In this document: piece by piece, positions 42,701 to 53,333 of the stretch
How the letters are laid out: every line of letters starts with the position of its first letter
Numbering within the stretch: position 1 is the stretch's first letter
DNA from: Mytilus edulis
Taxonomy: Eukaryota
Direction of reading: 5' to 3'
DNA length: 64,000 nucleotides
Assembly: GCF_963676685.1 (NCBI RefSeq)
Contig: NC_092344.1
Location: 32,984,001 to 33,048,000, forward strand
Notes under the pieces: model-generated
The model's input: only the letters and a program-made list of their open reading frames with translations
Told to the model about the DNA's origin: nothing
Databases searched by the model: none
Program-made: the position numbers and the translations under genes

Positions 42701-44697
42701 CACAATGTGCTTTCAAAATATTATAAAACCAAAAAATGAAATTCATAATCTTTATTAAGTTTGCACATTCACCCCTGTCGTATAGATTGTATGATAATTA
42801 TATAATATGTATATAGTACTATCTACTTATAGTTACATTAAATAGATGTATGTTTCATTATAATACGTTATTTTGATTGGCTACACTGCAATCTCGCGTT
42901 ATTCCTTAATCAACTTCATTACACAATAAAATTTATCATTGAAATAAAAACTTGATAAAAATCGTGTTTTCATGATCCTAGCTTACAAATGTAAGTATTG
43001 AATGCTTCTTTTTGTAACGTCATTGGGTTGTAAAAGCGTTGACCGTGCTCACATTTTTAGAATCATCGAAGTGCTTCCTTCCGCCCTTCTTACAAAATGT
43101 ACTTCGTTCAACGGTTTTACATGCAAATGAAGTTACAAAAAGAAGCATTCAATTCTCAAATAACACTACATCTTATTTCGATATAAATTATCAAGTATTT
43201 TTTTCGGCAGTAAATGAAGGATATTCAAGTACGTACTCTCTTTCCAAAAAGCATGACTGATATACCCGTTATCAAATTTACTTACTGATAGTTCCACTGT
43301 TTAAGTCATAGTCGAACACATAAATACATCTTGGGATGGAGTCGATGAAGTACATGGACTTGTTGTCAGCTGACCAAGCTAACCCATTAGCACAGTCCAG
43401 GTTTTCTAAATGCTTTTTGACAGATCCGTCCGTGTCGAATGAATACAAAGAACCTTGACCTTTCTCTATAATACCTGGTGGATTTTCCATGCCCACTGTA
43501 CCTATAAAGAATAGTTGTGATGTTAAAGTGTACTTCAACCGTATGCCATATGTGATAAACCATATTGTTATAGGACTAAATATAAATCCGCGATGAGAAG
43601 TAGATTAATAAAGAATCTGAACATGTTACTCATATATAAGTATTAATGGAAGCTATGCACTGAGGCAACTTGTAATGTTGGCATTTTCCCCAAAGAAGCA
43701 AGTTTTGAAAACCTGATGCCAATATATATATTTTTGATTCCTAATATCGGAAATAGTCATGTTTTGTTAAAAACGTACAATGGGCAATTTGTTAGAAATA
43801 TAAATTACACTGCGATATAAGTAACTGCCTTTGTCTTTATCTTATGCTGAACCCAATCAGTTACTAGTACTAACCTGCCCATAACCGACCATGGGCATCA
43901 CATTTTCCATCATTAAATCTGGTCTGTTTATCCTGATCCACTTCATGTAAAACAGTGACTTTCTTGCTATCCCAATCAAGACGAGAGATTGTTTTTCCCA
44001 AACCAACTATAACACCACCCTTTTTTGACGGTATTACAAATCCTATTGTTTTGTCTGTAAATATAATTATAAAACCATTATATACTAGCATCATATATTG
44101 ATCTTTCGCAATGAAACATTTACAGTGTGCAATACTAGTGAGCAGAATTTTTTTTAAAATGAATTCTCACTATTGAAAATATAATCTCTTACGGTTTCTT
44201 AAAAACAGGCTTTTAGTCTTAAGTATTGCTGTCTCATTGGTGAATATACTATATCACCTCTCGTTCTTATTAAAATATTCCATTACTAATCTAAAAATTA
44301 ACCGTACAGAGTTTCTTCCCTTAAAAGTAGAAAATAATCCGCCTTTTGCTTTTCACATACAATTCTAGTGAAAAAACAAACATCTAAATGTTATTTCTTG
44401 GCAAAGACAAATATCGCTTAGTTAACATCCTGAAATCCTGAGTGAAAAATTCCAAATCCGCAAAAAGTGCTCGTTGAGTAAATTTTTCCTCATTTTGACT
44501 TTAGTACTTTGACAAACCGTTTGAGCGGTTCGTGGCATACCTAATGTAATCTTTTGTACTTCCTTTGTAACGGAGTTCCATCGGAAAACACTGTTAGCAT
44601 ATATGTCTACATAGTACAGAGTTTTGGAAGCTTCATCCCAGTGAGGACCTTCTCCTACTGTGACGCATGCATCTTTGACTACAATTTCTACGGGCAT
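36800..44697 (-). CDS. RGN: Regucalcin/SMP-30 paralog C, 300 aa
   Basis: Exons 44697-44541, 44054-43875, 43501-43286, 37719-37576, 37005-36800 (157+180+216+144+206 = 903 nt), GT-AG. Motifs [47 protein letters not shown]. Intron 3 is 5.6 kb and repeat-filled. Confidence 0.94.
38997..40870 (-). mobile_element. Large Helentron-type non-autonomous element carrying three classes of internal tandem repeat
   Basis: 14-bp subterminal inverted repeat TTTATACGACCGCA (39022-39035 and 40855-40868). (GTC)n microsatellite near the 5' end (40778-40812). 3' hairpin near 39004-39020. Arrays of ~32 bp (39568-39760), ~80/160 bp (39775-40310) and ~180 bp (40310-40770). Confidence 0.85.
42141..42291. repeat. ~150-nt near-perfect inverted repeat (likely terminus of a Crypton-like non-autonomous element)
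   Basis: Arms share TCGGTATATAGAATTTAATCTGCAC perfectly and extend to ~70 bp with few mismatches; 9-nt loop TCCTACGTC. Confidence 0.8.
42997..43153. repeat. ~157-nt inverted repeat/hairpin (TE terminus)
   Basis: ATTGAATGCTTCTTTTTGTAAC pairs perfectly with GTTACAAAAAGAAGCATTCAAT, and pairing continues imperfectly for ~60 bp. Confidence 0.8.
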
Positions 44698-45307
44698 TTC
44701 TTTCCCTGTAATTTAGTAAAAAAAAAAAAGGTAATATAGTAAAAGGTAACTCATTTTGATTGATCTCAGAAATGCAATGCATAATGTAAAAGTCACAAAT
44801 ACTTTCCCCAACTCGGAAGATGATTTTTACATTGATACTATGTGTCTCCATGTCCTGAATATGCATGAAATAGTTGCCACTGGACGTTGTGCAAACACAC
44901 AACAACAAATCAACCAATATATCTTTTTGGTTTTATGATGAAAGCATTAGATAGCTTTTAATTGTTGTTTTTTTTCGTATAAGGGAGCAGTTATTTGCAT
45001 TTTCTTCTCTCAGTTCGTCATAAAAATGAGATGCTAAATGTTGTCCTAGGCAGTTGCCTTCACACTGATAATAAATCAAATAAGATCTCAAAAATGAAAA
45101 GAACAAAGGCAACAAAAGATTCACGAAGGCACTCAGCACAATAAAAGATTTTTTTTTCTTTCTTTGTTTATAAAGTTTTAATAATAAATAGTGAATGCAT
45201 TCCATACTGAATGGCATGCTATATTCTTACGTTTGTTTTCTTAATTACTTATATTTTTGGTAAAATTAAATGTCTTGTTTGCCGGACAAAAGCATATTTT
45301 TGAAAAA

Positions 45308-45343
<36 letters not shown>

Positions 45344-45464
45344 GCATGGCTCAAATTGCGCAACCAAAAACATTATTGACAGTGACGGTAATATTTGATG
45401 ACTCTACACTTTTGGCAAATATGATTGCATCTATTTTAATTGTATCTTCCCATTTTTTAACCCC

Positions 45465-45600
45465 ACTTACCTAAACTATATTACGTCATGTCATCGTTAT
45501 CAGTCACGCAGAAGTTTATCAAACACCTTATCAGTACTGAGTCATACCACGATCTAACGTTAAATCTACTTTTTGAGGTATATAATAAATACACTTATGT
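45465..45600 (-). promoter_or_regulatory. Candidate promoter and non-coding first exon of regucalcin C
   Basis: Donor AG|GTAAGT at 45471/45470 could pair with the polypyrimidine-CAG acceptor just 5' of the ATG (~44706). AP-1 site TGAGTCA at 45538-45544; TATATA at 45579-45584. Confidence 0.4.
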
Positions 45601-47474
45601 GCAGCATAGGTGACTTTATGGTACAATGAAAGACTAAATTTTAATTGTATTCAGTCTTGTGTTATCATGTTTTGTAAATTTTAGAAATATGTAGAAAATA
45701 GTTACGGATGGTACATAGAATGCTATGTGATTATCTAACTTGAAACTCGTTGGAATTTTAAAAGCTTTGGATGAACGGTTCATGAGTAAATGCACGGACA
45801 ACATGTGTTTGCCGCCTACCCGACCGCCCGACTGCCCGACGTACATCCCCAAATCAATAACCGGTTAAAAATGTATAAATAAGTGTTTTTTGGTTTGTAT
45901 TCATGCACAATTACTACTGAGACTGCAATGTGTGGGAAAAAAGTTGTCTTTTTGGAAATAATTTTAAGCCATTTTTTTTTCTTCAAATTGGGATTTTTTC
46001 CTAGGGGAAAAAGCCTTTATTCTTCACTAATTTAAAGCAAACAATATCACTGCATGGTGTTAAGGTTTTCATTTCTCTGAAATATTGCCACCCATCCCCA
46101 CTCAAAAGATTCACCACTATTTTCAAAATATCCCCCTTCTCCATTCAAAAGATGCCCCAGCATTATTAAAGTTGCCATGTCCATCTTGCGTCTTAAATCA
46201 AAAATTGATTCAGTTTTGATATACATAATACATAAAAATTGTTTGTTTACATACTTTTTCTATATCTGCTTATTCTTACATTTCTTTGAAATCTAAAATT
46301 TCTCAGGCCCTTCAAGCCATTTCAACCCAAAACACTTAGCCTGCTTAATTCAAAATTGAATCTGGAAATTTATTTGAAAATTCCATTTAGAACGTACACT
46401 CATTGCCCAATTATGTATCATTTCAACGAGGAAGATTTAAAGACAAAAAGGCGTAAATTTCCTTATCATATCAAGTAGCTGAGTTCATTTCAAGGAAACT
46501 GACACTTAAGAAAGTAAAAGATAAAATCAAGAAACAATTGTTTTTCCTTATGAAATACTGATACTTATACTCATGATTGTTTTCTAAGTCTTCTATTTAG
46601 CAAAAAAATTAAAAAAAAACTGCCATTTTAGTTTCAGTTTTTATGTTCTCAACAACTTCAAACTTTCCATTGTTTTAACAGTTCATTGCATTGTTTCAAA
46701 GTCACTATATACATGATATATAATCAATAATTTTCTTTCAAAAAATTGACAATGTGTGTACCCAAGCCAAAGAAAAGTTGTTTGCAGTTTGTTGATCTTA
46801 TTGAGCCTGCAAAAAACAGGAGAAGACAATAATTAATATAGAAAATGGCGGAGAAAGAATTAATGGTAAGAAATTTAGATATTTAAACTAATTTCGTGTT
46901 TAATTGTGTTGATATTTTTACTTTTCCAAGATATTCATTAATTCATCAAAGGAAAAGTTGCATTTTTTAAAGATATTTAAGTTTGTTGTTTTGGCAAAGT
47001 CTACATATATTCCTTCTCAAAATTTGTATTTTGTTCAACATTTTAAGTCATGGTTTTCCTGTACCCACATAATCCTCAAAAAATTGGTATACAACGAATA
47101 CTAATGAACACAAAGTAGGTATCTATCAAAAGGAGGGGCACAAACATAAATACAGGGTACTGAAATTCTGTGACACTAATCTACCAGATTAAGGTCAAAA
47201 CCTATCAAACTCAGTTGATCTCGATAACTTCAGAAGCAGTCCTTTACATTGTAATTGATTTTCGAACTTAAAAAAAAATTGAGTGATTATTGCTTGTCAA
47301 AAACTATAAAGTTTAATAGCTATCTCAACCTCCCACTTTTACCGGTAATAAAGATATTTCTCTCTGCTACATGAAATAGATGGATAATGAGCAAAAGTAT
47401 TGTAAAATAATAAAAATAAGAAGTTTGTTGTTACTTTTTTCTAGGATTAATGGTTATTTATTTTGTAGACTGAT

Positions 47475-48236
47475 ATGCAGAAAATGGCAGGAATGTCCAC
47501 AGAAGAATATGAATCTTTAAACTTTTACAAATACCTTTGCTCAAAGATTGGATCTGAGGAAGTCGTGAAAATTAGAAGATTAACTACAACTATGATTGAT
47601 ATGGGACAAACAGATATTTTTAAAAACATAACAAGTGGAAGTAAAGGGGAAGGCCTTTATTTCAAAAGCAGTGATTTTGATCTAATGGGTATTGATCCTT
47701 TCTTTAAGGTATATCAATCTGAAAAAGAGGCTGTTTTTGATGGTCCGTTTATTCCTTTAATTATGAACACTGAGGAGACCCTACCATGTTTTACACAATT
47801 ACGCCTGCCTAATTATTTTCATTTTTTGCTGCCATCTTTCAAAAACAAGTGGCAAAGAACTCACCTTGGATATATGTTTTCGAGTGAAAATTACAAACTA
47901 GTCCATTTGTCGATTTATCCTCCCAAAATTGCAACAGTGTTTACAAATATTCATGGACCATGTATATCTGATATAAATGGTGCTTTGGATATAGCATTTT
48001 GCCTGAAATGTGACCGATGGATATTTCAGGCACAGCCATGGGTTAGTAGATCTCGATCTACATGGCCTTCACCTGAAATCATTTCCAAAATAATATCTTG
48101 CGGTGTGTTATTTGTGCCAATAGGCTGCAAAGGATCTGTCAATGAAAATCTAGAATGGCGAATTTCATTTTCCGTAGCAGAAATTTTTTTACATATTCAT
48201 TCAGTCACACGCAATTATTATGCTATGCTTTGTTAA
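47475..48236 (+). CDS. N-terminal nucleotidyltransferase half of the Mab-21/cGLR protein
   Basis: ITSGSKGEGL-x5-DFDLM (hGS...DxD), third acidic residue in LDIAFCL, then WP-x11-GVLFVPIG and EWRISFSVAE Mab-21 motifs. Confidence 0.85.
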   Translation: MQKMAGMSTEEYESLNFYKYLCSKIGSEEVVKIRRLTTTMIDMGQTDIFKNITSGSKGEGLYFKSSDFDLMGIDPFFKVYQSEKEAVFDGPFIPLIMNTEETLPCFTQLRLPNYFHFLLPSFKNKWQRTHLGYMFSSENYKLVHLSIYPPKIATVFTNIHGPCISDINGALDIAFCLKCDRWIFQAQPWVSRSRSTWPSPEIISKIISCGVLFVPIGCKGSVNENLEWRISFSVAEIFLHIHSVTRNYYAMLC

Positions 48237-48239
48237 AAA

Positions 48240-48598
48240 CCTAATTCCAATATCAACAGTTTAAAAACAACAGACCATGGTAATTTAAAAAAAGTAAGAA
48301 TATTTTTCGTATCAAGTTAGTTAGTCGGATAAAACAACCGTACGATTGACAAGATATCGACACGCAATTACGACTACATCGGTTACTGTAGTTTTGTTTC
48401 TTTGTGGTTTATAGACATATCGTTTTTATTAATCGGGAAAGAAGACAAAATGGCGGATCGCAGAGAATTGATACTCTAAATTTAAAATCGATGGTGATCG
48501 CTTATCTAGCGGAATAAAACTTTAATATCTATGAATTTGAGCATTCTTATACAGAATGAACATAATATCAATTTTTGATTTTTTTGCGAAGTTTCCCT
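48240..48598. mobile_element. Truncated TTAA-targeting DNA transposon (Kolobok/piggyBac-like) inserted in the cGLR CDS
   Basis: Non-coding 359 bp between two adjacent Mab-21 motifs. Right end GAAGTTTCCCT|TTAA. A TTAA also lies at 48233-48236, but there is no matching left TIR. Confidence 0.65.
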
Positions 48599-49783
48599 TT
48601 AAAGGAAATAGTAGAGAAACATGAAGATTTGAAAGGTTTATTGTGTTCATACTTCTTGAAAACACTTATGTTTTGGATTTCAGAAGAAACAGACCAAAAT
48701 TTATGGAAACCTTATAATATCATAACATGTTTTCTGTCATGTTTACAAAGACTGCTGTACTGTGTAAAATATTCAATCTTGCCACATTATTTTATTTCTG
48801 ATAATAACTTTTTCTGTGCACGGTTCAATGTGATGAACAAAGAAAAATTAATCACCATACTTAAGAATTTAAATGAACAAGGAATAAACTGTTTCAAGTC
48901 TTCTGAGACCCTTCAAGATTATCCAAGACTGTCCTTCCATATCCCAGAATCTTTTGGAGTTATCAGAATAATACCAGAAACATTTTCTTATGTTCCAAGT
49001 ATAAAGAATATGCATCTACTATATCATTTTCTACATAGTTCTAGAACAGGTTTATCTAGAGGACTATTTGCTATACATTTATCAAACGCATGTAAGTTTA
49101 CTCTAGATACTTCAAAACATCGCTATAGCTCAGAAAACAAAAAACAATACTTGAAGTATAAATTTGATTTGAGCCATTTATTGATTGGTGTTAATTCAGA
49201 TGCAGTATCAGGATGGCTGACATTAGCATCTTTCTTCTATGTGCACAAAAACTATGTTGCCTCATTATCCGTAGTAAATTATACATTGCAGAAATACACA
49301 GATGAGAAATTTTATACTGTATTGACCACGACTGAGGACATATTAAATCATTTCCAAAAACAGGAGCTGAATCTGATGAAGAAAGAAAAGCTTTATACGA
49401 TATATAAAACATTAACAATTTTTCCTCTACAATTTTATGATAAGTCATCAATAATTTCACAAGAGTTACGAGTAGATGTAGATGTTACAAACAACCATGC
49501 AACGTATCATCCAATAGGATTTGCATATTTCCTTAGCTTCCTATGTTACTACCATGGACAAGACATAACATCATGCAGACATTTTCTACAACTGCTTAAA
49601 TCAACAGTAACATATCCAAGTTTACAAGCAGATATAATTTTCACATGTTCACCACTGTTTTGTGGTATTGCTCATCAGTTATTGGGTGAGACAAACTTTG
49701 CTAGACAAATGTTTCAACTATGTGCCATGTTTGATTCGTATAATTCAACTAGTGCAGCATCAAGGTTACAAGGTCTCATCTGA
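48599..49783 (+). CDS. C-terminal half of the Mab-21/cGLR protein (helical bundle plus TPR-like tail)
   Basis: LCSYFLKTLMFW, CL.RLLYCV...LPHYFI.DNNF, SDAVSGWLTLASFFY and GIAHQLLGE motifs typical of mollusc Mab-21 proteins; 394 open codons. Confidence 0.85.
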   Translation, partial: LKEIVEKHEDLKGLLCSYFLKTLMFWISEETDQNLWKPYNIITCFLSCLQRLLYCVKYSILPHYFISDNNFFCARFNVMNKEKLITILKNLNEQGINCFKSSETLQDYPRLSFHIPESFGVIRIIPETFSYVPSIKNMHLLYHFLHSSRTGLSRGLFAIHLSNACKFTLDTSKHRYSSENKKQYLKYKFDLSHLLIGVNSDAVSGWLTLASFFYVHKNYVASLSVVNYTLQKYTDEKFYTVLTTTEDILNHFQKQELNLMKKEKLYTIYKTLTIFPLQFYDKSSIISQELRVDVDVTNNHATYHPIGFAYFLSFLCYYHGQDITSCRHFLQLLKSTVTYPSLQADIIFTCSPLFCGIAHQLLGETNFARQMFQLCAMFDSYNSTSAASRLQGLI

Positions 49784-50654
49784 CACTATAAACATTACAA
49801 AATGTTATCTAACACTAACAACATAATTAAGTCAATAAGAGTCAGCTGAATCTATCAATTTACAAGGTGTCATCAGGCACTAACAACAGTCAAGGGTCTA
49901 ACTTAAATAAGTTATTAGAGAAATTAACAAACATGTCGTTATTGTGGGCTAAAATATCAAAATACTGTAATAACATATGTATGTTACATGTTTCAAGGTG
50001 ACAATATACAAACTTTATTTTGTTAAATTTTTCACAAGTTCTATTGATATTATAATGTTCTTTATGTATACTAAACTTTGCAAAGATATAGCAGTTCATA
50101 GTTTACCAATCATGCATAGTACACCTATGTTATTACAGAAAATATATTCCTGCAATAACCAAAGCCGAAGGGTGTTATTACAGCTTCTCTACATCTCTTT
50201 TAAGCCTTTGCTCAGAAATATATCACAGTGTATTTCAATTCATTGTAAGAAATGATGATCAGAACTTGTAATGAGGCACTCCGCAAGATTCCAAGTAATT
50301 CCCAAGTGTCTCATTTACTCTCATATAATAAGTTACATGCCTTTAATAACTAAGCCTTGTTATTACAGCTTAATTTTCCCTTAAAGGCCTTGTATCATTG
50401 ATTTACTATGGTTGATCAAAATTGTATTAATGGAATTAGAAAATTAGTTATCAAGGTAATATATTAAGCTACTGCGCAAAGTTTCAAGAATTCCCAAGTG
50501 CCCACAAAAGATAAAATATTTACGATATATTTAACTGATAACAAAGATATGTTACTACAGACAAAGGAAAATGGAGTAGACTCATGCAAGTGTCTGTAAT
50601 AACACATGCATGTTATTTTTCTCTGATAACTTGTTAAAGTTACACTCTTGACTG

Positions 50655-51355
50655 AACAATGTTATTTAATGTCATCTGACACGATCAAGGTTATAAGGTG
50701 TCATTGGGCACTAACAATGTTATTTAATGTCGTTATTTAATGTCATTGGGCACTAACAATGTTATTTAATGTCATCTGACACTTTCACAGGGCACTAACA
50801 ATGTTAATTAATGTTATCTGACACTATCAAGGTTATAAGATGTCATTGGGCACTAACAATGCTATTTAATGTCATCTGACACTATCAAGGTTACAAGGTG
50901 TCACTGGGCACTAACAATGTTAATCAATGTTATCTGACACTATCAAGGTTAAAAGGTGTCATTGGGCACTAACAATGTTTATTAATGTTATCTGACACTA
51001 TCAAGGTTATAAGGTGTCTCAGGGCACTAACAATGTTATTTAATGTTATCTGACTCTATCAAGGTTACAAGGTGTCACTGGGCACTAACAATGTTATTTA
51101 ATGTCATCTGACACTATCAAGGTTACAAGGTGTCACTGGGCACTAACAATTGTCTTTAATGTCATCTGACACTATCAAGGTTACAAGGTGTCACAGGGCA
51201 CTAACAATTGTCTTTAATGTCATCTGACACTATCAAGGTTACAATGTATCACAAGGCACTAACAATTGTCTTTAATGTCATCTGACACTATCAAGGTTAT
51301 TCAGTGTCATCTCAGACTATCAAGATAACTAGGTGTCATCTGATGATACCAAGGT
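50655..51355 (+). repeat. 58-bp minisatellite (dimer of two related 29-mers), ~12 units
   Basis: Alternating GTCATCTGACACTATCAAGGTTACAAGGT and GTCACTGGGCACTAACAATGTTATTTAAT. Confidence 0.92.
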
Positions 51356-51725
51356 CTAATTAAATTGTTACATTTGACATCCTCAATTTATATAGTATGT
51401 TGTACTGTATAATTACACACTTCATAGTATGGTTCACCAGCAAAAATAGAATCCCACTAAGAACAGTGAATCCACAATAAATTGTATGCTATCTAAAACT
51501 CAATTTTCAAAATGGTCAACTATCAAAATAGAATTTTATTATGCCTCGGATGTTTATCTTCTTACAGTATAAACATTACATCATCTGTTTTCTTTCAACT
51601 CACTATCATTTTGAATTCATGTTATCTTGATGTTTTTTTCTTTTATCTTTGTTTGGATGATATATAATTTGTAATATTTATTTGCATCATTAATTTGTCA
51701 AACTGTTATACAAGAGAAGTAAAAT

Positions 51726-52827
51726 ACAAGAGGCTGTCACAACGACAGCAAACCGGATTTATTAACATTTATTTGTGTCCTGGCAATATCACAAGAACCA
51801 TTACTGATAAATGGTGAAAGTAAAAATCGTCAATATCAAAATTGACAAATTTGACCTCCATTTTGTAGTCAGTATCAACATATTAAATTTGAAAAGCTTA
51901 GATTGAATGGTTCATGAGTAAATGCAACAACGTGAATGGAAACGCCATTTTACGATCTTTTAAGAACCATAACTCCTGAACTGTAAAAATCGTCATTATT
52001 GAACTTGACCTCTATTTTGTCATCAGTAACAACATATAAAAATTTCAAAAGCTTTGGTTGAATGGTTCATGAGAAAATGCAAGGACACGACTGGAAACAC
52101 CATTTTTCAATCTTTCAAGAACCATAGCTCCTGAACGGTAAAAGTCAAAATCGTCATTATTGAACTTGACCTCCATTTTGTCATCTGTAACAATATATTA
52201 AAATTTGGGGAGCTTTGGTAGAACAGTTGATGTGTAAATGCACGGACACGACTGGAAACTCAATTTTTCAATCTTTCAAGAACCATAACTCCTGAACGGT
52301 AAAAATCGTCATTATTGAACTTGACCTCTATTTTGTCATCAGTAACAACATATAAAAATTTCAAAAGCTTTGGTTGAATGGTTCATGAGAAAATGCACGG
52401 ACACGACTGGAAACACCATTTTTCAATCTTTCAAGAACCATAGCTGCTGAACGGTAAAAGTCAAAATCGTCATTATTGAACTTGACCTCCATTTTGTCAT
52501 CGGTAACAACATATTAAAATTTGGGAAGCTTTGGTAGAACAGTTCATGCGGAAATGCACGGAAACGCCTGGAAACTCCATTTTTCAATCTTTTAACAACC
52601 ATAACTCCTGAACGGTAAAAGTCAAAATCGCCATTATTGAACTTGACCTTCATTTAGTTGTCAGTAACAACATATTAAAATTTTAAAAGCTTTGGTTGAA
52701 CGGTTCATGAGTTAATGCACGGACAACATTTGATTGCCGCCCGCCCGCCCGCCCGCCCGACAGCCCGGCCGCCCGCCGTACATCCCCAAATCAATAACCG
52801 ACATTTTTGTCACAAAAATCCAGTTAA
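51726..52827 (-). mobile_element. Helentron-type non-autonomous element with ~160-bp tandem array
   Basis: Six ~155-165-bp units (GAACCATAACTCCTGAACGGTAAAA...TTGAACTTGACCTC); (GCCC)n microsatellite at 52735-52777; terminal hairpins GCTGTC...GACAGC and ATTTTTGTCACAAAAAT. A fragment of the same family lies at 45765-45870. Confidence 0.8.
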
Positions 52828-53068
52828 TGAAAGTACCAAGACTTTTCTGTCAAACGGTCTCAGAGTTGCGATCACAAGGTGTTGTTGTTACAAAAGTCCA
52901 GTAAGTTAACTCCTGTAAAAGTGATCGAATTCAAATGGCAGTACTGTATGGTCAATTACTCATGAATCATTGATGGCAAACAATTCTACAAAACTATATG
53001 AGAGCTTCGTGTTAAACGGACTCAAATGAGTTGCCTTTACATTCAAGGTGATTTTGTCACAATACTAT

Positions 53069-53333
53069 ACAAGAATGTGTCCATAGTAAACGGATGCCCC
53101 ATTCGCACTATCCTTTGGAACATGAAATTGGGACAAAAACTCTTATTTGCATTACAAATATAACGATCATATCATAGGTAACATGTGTACTTAGTTTCAA
53201 GTTGTTTGGACTTCAACTTCATCAAAAACTTCTTTGAGCAAAAGATTTATGCTGAAGCGGGATAGACGGACGGACGGTACGACGGACGCAAAGACCGAAA
53301 AACATAATGCCCCTAGTTTGGACATATAAAAAA
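53069..53333 (-). mobile_element. Short Helentron-type element
   Basis: ACAAGAATGTGTCCATAGTA...(GGAC)n...CATAATGCCCC; a related copy lies at 32974-33195. Confidence 0.65.

Larger units (their letters stand above)
46845..49783 (+). pseudogene. Mab-21/cGAS-like receptor (cGLR) gene disrupted by a frameshift and a TE insertion
   Basis: Mini-exon 46845-46865 (MAEKELM|GTAAGA) splices in frame to the acceptor at 47468. Frame is lost at 48183-48191; the -1 frame continues TYSFSHTQLLCYALLK. Foreign DNA occupies ~48240-48598. The reading frame resumes LKEIVEK...LCSYFLKTLMFW. Confidence 0.8.

Noticed and set aside
48237-48598. Insertion in the cGLR as a spliceable intron
   Set aside because: Both relevant frames stop (48234-48236 and 48242-48244) before the usable GT donors at ~48280 and ~48294, and the acceptor at 48554 is followed by an in-frame TGA.
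50655-51355. CRISPR-like repeat/spacer alternation of 29-mers
   Set aside because: The apparent spacers are themselves repeated and homologous to the other 29-mer; this is a dimeric minisatellite.
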